DNA of 63,163 nucleotides, filler included, from Squatina squatina (Eukaryota), in assembly GCA_031763465.1 (NCBI GenBank). It is 3 parts of 3 records of this genome, joined end to end, with 100 filler letters (N's around TTAATTAATTAA, not from the genome) between each part and the next. Parts side by side here need not be neighbours in the genome. Positions count along the whole stretch, not along the records: positions 49,124 to 63,163 come from JARFOE010000222.1; 2 more parts are not named here. One strand, written 5' to 3'. Positions 55,687-63,163 of this stretch are shown piece after piece. The position numbers and the translations under genes were made by a program. The stretch's first letter is position 1, and every line of letters starts with the position of its first letter. The notes under the pieces were generated by a model. That model did not search any database. It was not told the DNA's origin and saw only the letters and a list, made by a program, of their open reading frames with translations.

Positions 55687-57804
55687 CTTCAGAAAGTATA
55701 AACAGGAAAGACATGTGAACAAGATCATGAGACCGCTTTAGGGGAGGGCTTTGTTTCAAGAATTGAGACAAAGAACTCTATGCCCCATTGGGTACTGAGT
55801 TTTTAGGGGAACCTCTATAGGTTTAAAGGTCTTGTTAATATTCCATCCGAGCCCCACCCCTAAAAAGAGAATAAAAGTAGCACCATGTGGGCTTGTTCTC
55901 ACAGACACTGAAGGGGAGAGATTNNNNNNNNNNNNNNNNNNNNNNNNNNNNNNNNNNNNNNNNNNNNNNNNNNNNNNNNNNNNNNNNNNNNNNNNNNNNN
56001 NNNNNNNNNNNNNNNNNNNNNNNACTGCATATACCAGAGATTCTTTGTCTCTACTGACATTAATACTGATCACTTGTTTTTATTGTTGGTACTGGGACAT
56101 AAATGGCTTATGACTCAAAAAAAGAACCACCACAAGTCAAGCTATCCCATCCTCCTGATGAGCTAAAAGGAAGAGAAATATGGCAAGAACTTTAAATATT
56201 AGACATATTACTCCATTTGCCTCACAGTAATACCGTTGTATTGCATCACTAAAATCCTATCCATGTGTTAACACAGAGGGCAGCAACCAAACTGATTTAG
56301 TGCATTAATACTGATCTATAACATGCAAGAGATGCAGACCATTTAGTTTTGTTGTCTGTACAACAAAAAACAAAACAAAATGTACATGGGGTCCCTCGTT
56401 AATTTGGGCTTGAATGCACGAGATGAAAAGCAACTCTAAATCTAATCATGCTTCCTAGCAGCTTTTCAAAAAGCCTTCTATTATGGCCATAACATTTTAT
56501 TACATAAAATCACACCCCTCCCTGCCCTTTGACTTTGGAAGGAAAAAACATTTGAGTGATGTTTCTATTTATACACTTTATTCATGGTATCGCACATCAT
56601 TAAGTAAATGCACACAATAAGTACAGACTGAGCTTCCAAAACTATTTCCATTAGTGCAAAAGATTCATGTGAGAAAAAGAAAAATCACATTTAACTGATC
56701 TTGTGCTTGCATCTGTTACTCTTTGCTGCATTAAACCATTACACTTCAAACGTCTGAAGCATATGGGTTGATTCTTTCCTTATGACAGGAAACCAAAAGT
56801 ATTCCTTCGAGATGGAGAGCCAAAAGTTTGTCGTGAGCCCCTTTGATGAAAAGATATGTTGAGCCATTCAAATTACCAGGCAGTAACGGCACTGTACCAA
56901 AGCTAAAAATACCAACAGATGAAGGTCAGCAGGCAGCACAAAAAAAAAACCAGAGCTCTATCGCTTTGGTGACTCTGCCACATGGAGCTCATTAGCACCA
57001 CTCCAGCAGATTAAAGCTGGACCAGCTCACAGTTTGAACATTGCTTTAAAAAGAAGCACACATTAAAATGAAGAGCTGAGAACAAGAACTTAAGTGTAGT
57101 TTTGTTTCAGACAGGTTGATATTTTTTAAAGTCGTCTAATGTGGATTAATTTTGTTTTTTGTGCTCTCGGTTCAAGCAAGTACCCATTCTTCAAACGTGA
57201 GCCTCAGTTGTGAGTGTCAAGGCCTCATTCCATAGCAAGGCGTCGCAAACAAGCTCAACTGTCACCATGCAATGTTCAAGCAAGTGGTTGCCAGACAGCA
57301 ATCGGGAGTTGGAAACCTGGTGGATTTTATGCTTCCCTCACCCAGGAGCACAAGGCCAGTTCTAGCATCCCAACTGCTGCCCCAGCTGGCATCAACTAAC
57401 TCAGCACAGCAAGCATCGAACCTGGGGCTTGGTGGTCTGCACAGCTCAGCTGCTCACGAGATGAACCACAGACTGTAGTTTATTATCAATTCTCATTTTG
57501 CATAATGACAAAATGATGGATGATCATACAGAAAATTGAAAATTTGACATTNNNNNNNNNNNNNNNNNNNNNNNNNNNNNNNNNNNNNNNNNNNNNNNNN
57601 NNNNNNNNNNNNNNNNNNNNNNNNNNNNNNNNNNNNNNNNNNNNNNNNNNNTGATTTCCTGTTTGCTGCTTTTAGTTTCATATCTGACTGCTTTCCTATT
57701 TTGAATTTTAAATACTGAAATATGCCAGCCTTGAAAGGAGGCAGCTGAGAGTGGGTGGGGCCTCATAAAGATAAGTACATCAGTTTCGGAAAGGTAAAGG
57801 CTAT

Positions 57805-58005
57805 AGGCTACCCCATGGAGCGGTTGAGGCGAGTAGTGTGGATGCATTTAAGGAGAAGCTAGATAGACACATGAGGAAGAAAGGAATAGAATATGTTGAT
57901 GGGGTGAGATGAAAGAGGGTGGGAAGAGGCTGGTGTGTAGTATAAGCACTAGCGTGGACCTGTTGGGTCAAATGGCCTCTTTCTGTACTGTAAATACTAT
58001 GTAAT
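57805..58005 (+). mobile_element. CR1 LINE 3' end
   Basis: AVEASSVDAFKEKLDRHM, then tail gggtcaaatggcctctttctgtactgtaaatactatgt. Confidence 0.8.
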
Positions 58006-58821
58006 AAATTACAACTTCCCCAGCTGAACCACTAAAAGACCATCAACTCCAGCCCCTGCCACAAACTTTGCTCATTTACCGCTGATCCTATCCTGGTTTC
58101 TGGCCACTTGGGCTCAAACAGATGGTTTGCAATTTTACCACTTTAAGCTTTAAACCTCAGATCCTATTGCATTGTAAAGATTGTTTACTTCCACCTCCAC
58201 AACTTATAGTCCCTAAAAATAAGCACATGTTTTGCTTCTGATCCTTCTGCTGTTTTTTTTTCTACAAACACAAGTGTCACCAATTGAAATTTGAAAATGT
58301 ACCAAAATAAATTTTATATGTATATTTTATTCAATTTTAATTTACACAGTAACTAAAATAGTTCAGGGGTCTGAGTAAAGCAGGATATTAGTCAAAAGTT
58401 TCTGCATCTGGATAAATGATGGAAATTACATTTTTAAAACCAGTTATTCAACTGTCCTTACCACCAACTTTAATAGTCATATTACTCCATTCCTGCCAAT
58501 CCCAGGTCTTCACTGTTACATGCAATTCATGAAACAGGATACAATATTTGTGGCTTCATAGCTTAAGTAACCAGAGATCTTATATTCCAGACTGAGTGGA
58601 TGTTTTGACACCAGACAGTAGGAGTCTGTATACATGCTGGCATCTAATTGTGTCCCCTGGTACAGTTGCTGGAAGCTGATTGTTTTGGATTAACTTACAC
58701 AGAATAAACTGTGTGCAAACAGTATCATCGTGTTGCTGCACTTTAAAACCAGCTTCACCTTTCAGTCTTAAGCCACTTTGACTCTGCTAATCCGGTTTCA
58801 GGAAAATAGCACTATACTCAC

Positions 58822-58874
58822 CTTCCAGCGCTTCTTTCCCGTCTTCCCATCCACCACAGAAGATGCCAAAAGGA
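58822..58874 (-). CDS. Candidate exon 3' end, unassigned
   Basis: Open frame LLASSVVDGKTGKKRWK ending at a consensus donor AAG|gtgagt; 5' part in gap. Confidence 0.4.
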
Positions 58875-61800
58875 NNNNNNNNNNNNNNNNNNNNNNNNNN
58901 NNNNNNNNNNNNNNNNNNNNNNNNNNNNNNNNNNNNNNNNNNNNNNNNNNNNNNNNNNNNNNNNNNNNNNNNNNTGTGTAATCAGTGCGTGGTGACAGAC
59001 AGGCACACACCCAGACTGGTCCTGTGATGACTTAAAACAGTTTAATGTAAATCCAAGACAGTGTGTGATTACATTTCCACACATATACAATATGCATATG
59101 TGAGTGTATATATTCTGATTAGGAGATAAGCAGATTCACCTTGGAGACCGAAAAAATGATCAACAACCAGTGAACTACAAGCTAAACAGTTCACAACAAT
59201 AGATCTCCTTTTCTCCCGACAGTTAGTAGTAACAGTTAAAATAACTATATACTCTATATTTTTTTTCATTAAAATCCTCTTTTAATTTACAATGCTTCTA
59301 ATATTAGTTTCCGGATGAGACCATAAAATTTCCACTTGTTCCTCCTACAACTGAGACAGTTAAGAGTGAGCTCACAACATCATTAGAAAAACACAAGCAT
59401 TTAGTAGCTACAACTGAGTTTCTGGCTGAATTTTGTTTTTTTAAAACACTCTACAATTCAGTAAAATAAACATTCTCGTAACCATACCTAGANNNNNNNN
59501 NNNNNNNNNNNNNNNNNNNNNNNNNNNNNNNNNNNNNNNNNNNNNNNNNNNNNNNNNNNNNNNNNNNNNNNNNNNNNNNNNNNNNNNNNNNNNNNNNNNN
59601 NNNNNNNNNNNNNNNNNNNNNNNNNNNNNNNNNNNNNNNNNNNNNNNNNNNNNNNNNNNNNNNNNNNNNNNNNNNNNNNNNNNNNNNNNNNNNNNNNNNN
59701 NNNNNNNNNNNNNNNNNNNNNNNNNNNNNNNNNNNNNNNNNNNNNNNNNNNNNNNNNNNNNNNNNNNNNNNNNNNNNNNNNNNNNNNNNNNNNNNNNNNN
59801 NNNNNNNNNNNNNNNNNNNNNNNNNNNNNNNNNNNNNNNNNNNNNNNNNNNNNNNNNNNNNNNNNNNNNNNNNNNNNNNNNNNNNNNNNNNNNNNNNNNN
59901 NNNNNNNNNNNNNNNNNNNNNNNNNNNNNNNNNNNNNNNNNNNNNNNNNNNNNNNNNNNNNNNNNNNNNNNNNNNNNNNNNNNNNNNNNNNNNNNNNNNN
60001 NNNNNNNNNNNNNNNNNNNNNNNNNNNNNNNNNNNNNNNNNNNNNNNNNNNNNNNNNNNNNNNNNNNNNNNNNNNNNNNNNNNNNNNNNNNNNNNNNNNN
60101 NNNNNNNNNNNNNNNNNNNNNNNNNNNNNNNNNNNNNNNNNNNNNNNNNNNNNNNNNNNNNNNNNNNNNNNNNNNNNNNNNNNNNNNNNNNNNNNNNNNN
60201 NNNNNNNNNNNNNNNNNNNNNNNNNNNNNNNNNNNNNNNNNNNNNNNNNNNNNNNNNNNNNNNNNNNNNNNNNNNNNNNNNNNNNNNNNNNNNNNNNNNN
60301 NNNNNNNNNNNNNNNNNNNNNNNNNNNNNGGGCAGTGTGAGAAGGGCAGGGCAGGACAGGGCAATGTGGGCAGCGCAGAGTAGTGTGGACAAGGCAGGTG
60401 AGCAGAGCAAACGGGGAACTTGCCCAGCTGCCTCTTAGCAGTTTTGCCCCTCGCTGTAAACTCGTGGTTGGCCAGTTCATACTCTGCAGGAAGGCTGCGT
60501 GTGAACACAAGCAGTGACCAAGAGTCAGACTCAGTTCTTCTCATCAGGAGTCTTTCAGCGACCAGAATTCCCTATAGTGCTTGAAACATTGAGTTCTTCG
60601 ATGGACACTGGAAGTTGTACAGGTGGAGAGTTGACTGAAACTTTGTTTTAATTAAAACAAGTACCAAATCATGGACTTTTTAAAACTTCATCTCACTCAG
60701 AAGCATCTAAAATGCAACTATAATACATACCAACTACATCACAAACTACTGTAGCCCTCGTTATTCCTTCTTGTGAATCGTGCACAATGCTATTATCCTG
60801 CTTCATTGACATAGCAACCTCAACCCTTCTCCAACCCCATCACTGGACTCCTTCCCACTGTCTTTTAAATCCCCCACTATCCCTCTTCTCATCAGCTCAG
60901 TTGCAACTGTACAAGTTACCAACATCACTTTTCTTCCAATTCATAGCTGAAGTTGGTATGTGTTATAGAAAGCAGACAAGTGCCACTGAGCGAGCTTAAA
61001 AATGTTTATTAACTTTTGTTGGTGCCCTCCCGCAATGGCTCAGTGAGTTCAATCAGGGAGTGGCAAGGTTCAAGAACCGTGCTGAGTGAGACATTTTGAG
61101 CCAGACCAATGCTAGGGGTGCGACAGTTAGGCCTATCAGGTCCCCGTTGCTAATCATTATCCAGCAGTTAGAAGCCTTGGGAATCCTGCCCACACTCAGC
61201 ATCGAGGTTCACGAGTGAAGATCAGCCACTTGAGCAAGGCATCATGTAAAATTGCACGGCAGCAAGGACTCAGGAGTTGATGGGAGAGGAGAAGAGGAAA
61301 CTGACAATGTTCATGGTGTGAGAGCCCCGCCATCAGACTTCCTCCACTGTATCTATGTGCAGTTATATATTTAAGGACAGCCTGTTTTCAAGGCTTGAAG
61401 TAAAAAAACAAGCCAACAATGCAGCACTAAATCAACCACCATTTCTCTTTTTACCTTCTTCAAGTTGGATGAGTCTGTGTAACAAAAAATCCTCCCACAA
61501 AATTAGCATCAGCCCCTGAATATGTTCCAGCCCACAGTAAGAACCATGACTGCACAATAATTTTTGCAACCTAGCAGCTAAAAAGAAAACCTGAAATGTA
61601 GATCAAATGTCGCCTCCCCAAAAAAGTTACANNNNNNNNNNNNNNNNNNNNNNNNNNNNNNNNNNNNNNNNNNNNNNNNNNNNNNNNNNNNNNNNNNNNN
61701 NNNNNNNNNNNNNNNNNNNNNNNNNNNNNNNNNNNNNNNNNNNNNNNNNNNNNNNNNNNNNNNNNNNNNNNNNNNNNNNNNNNNNNNNNNNNNNNNNNNN

Positions 61801-63163
61801 NNNNNNNNNNNNNNNNNNNNNNNNNNNNNNNNNNNNNNNNNNNNNNNNNNNNNNNNNNNNNNNNNNNNNNNNNNNNNNNNNNNNNNNNNNNNNNNNNNNN
61901 NNNNNNNNNNNNNNNNNNNNNNNNNNNNNNNNNNNNNNNNNNNNNNNNNNNNNNNNNNNNNNNNNNNNNNNNNNNNNNNNNNNNNNNNNNNNNNNNNNNN
62001 NNNNNNNNNNNNNNNNNNNNNNNNNNNNNNNNNNNNNNNNNNNNNNNNNNNNNNNNNNNNNNNNNNNNNNNNNNNNNNNNNNNNNNNNNNNNNNNNNNNN
62101 NNNNNNNNNNNNNNNNNNNNNNNNNNNNNNNNNNNNNNNNNNNNNNNNNNNNNNNNNNNNNNNNNNNNNNNNNNNNNNNNNNNNNNNNNNNNNNNNNNNN
62201 NNNNNNNNNNNNNNNNNNNNNNNNNNNNNNNNNNNNNNNNNNNNNNNNNNNNNNNNNNNNNNNNNNNNNNNNNNNNNNNNNNNNNNNNNNNNNNNNNNNN
62301 NNNNNNNNNNNNNNNNNNNNNNNNNNNNNNNNNNNNNNNNNNNNNNNNTTTGCCGTAGCATTTTACTCGATCGACAAGCATAAAGACGACCAGTTCATTT
62401 TAAACATCCAAACTGCAGCGAGCTGCAAGGTACCTAAAGAAGGAGGTACTGTGGGACAATGTCAGACATCAAATGAACTTCAGGCTACCCAGAAAATCCA
62501 ACCACGCATGGTTCCCAGATAAAACACTTCCATACTTGTAACTAGTTAATCCTCTCAATGTCAATGCCGACTCCCCCCTGACCCTCCACCCACCCAAGAG
62601 TTTTGGTGAGTGGGGGGGGGGGGGGCGGAGAGAGGGACTTCTTATTGGTGTTGAGTTGTCAAACACTTGCATCTCAATTCGCCATTAAAGGTACAATTAT
62701 AAATGCATAAAACAGAATAAAAATTGATTCCTGTGTGAGTTAAGGACTAAACTGTGCAGACAGCTCACTTTTTCTGGTAATCAGTAGATTTTTGTGCCCC
62801 ATCTCTTCCTGGATTTAATGATTAGGAACAATTTTTTTTCTCTTTTTTATATATAAATATATGTATATACATAAAGAAAAGATACGGACTCACTCAAATG
62901 TTTAAATACATCAAAATAGCAGCAATGCCAGTAACCGTTAAACCTTTAAGAAATTCCCACCCAATGAAACAAAATAAAGTCGGGAAGTAAGAGTTAGTTA
63001 CACATGAAGAGGAATAAATTCTGGCTCCTTCCTCTTACCAGTGTAAAGAAAGCTTCATGAAAGTGCCTGGCTGTCAAGGGCAGCAAAGCACACATAATGC
63101 AATAAAATGTGGTTTCTTTGGTGACAAAAGCCATTTTGTTTTTGTGTATGTGTGTGACTTATT

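Noticed and set aside
60424-60571. Possible minus-strand exon GILVAERLLMRRTESDSW...KRQL with a GC donor
   Set aside because: Weak acceptor, non-canonical donor and no recognisable homology.

Overview
Gap-ridden vertebrate genomic scaffold, most likely from a cartilaginous fish (shark-type CR1 and RTE LINEs, Penelope-like fragments, tRNA/Deu-type SINEs). Two identical artificial linkers (N44-TTAATTAATTAA-N44 at 28317-28416 and 49024-49123) split it into three blocks. Block 1 holds scattered exons of genes that lie on human 9q32-q34: the RABL6 last exon, most of the AJM1 CDS, three UAP1L1-type exons, exons of at least two beta-tubulin genes, the ALAD last exon and one NDOR1 exon, plus a 2.8-kb satellite. 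Block 2 is part of VTI1A (minus strand): two constitutive exons, the 21-nt neural microexon LIKLREE between them, and a long downstream intron with candidate conserved non-coding elements. Block 3 holds five KIAA1549 exons (minus), one with an in-frame TAA, and two unassigned exon candidates. Several of these exons are absent from, or only hidden within, the ORF track. I see no evidence of a wholly new multi-gene system. The best leads are the conserved microexon, a divergent beta-tubulin (A145/F200/H213/M229), the KIAA1549 stop, a decayed Penelope hammerhead core and orphan exons. Gene identities come from recalled protein sequences, not database searches.
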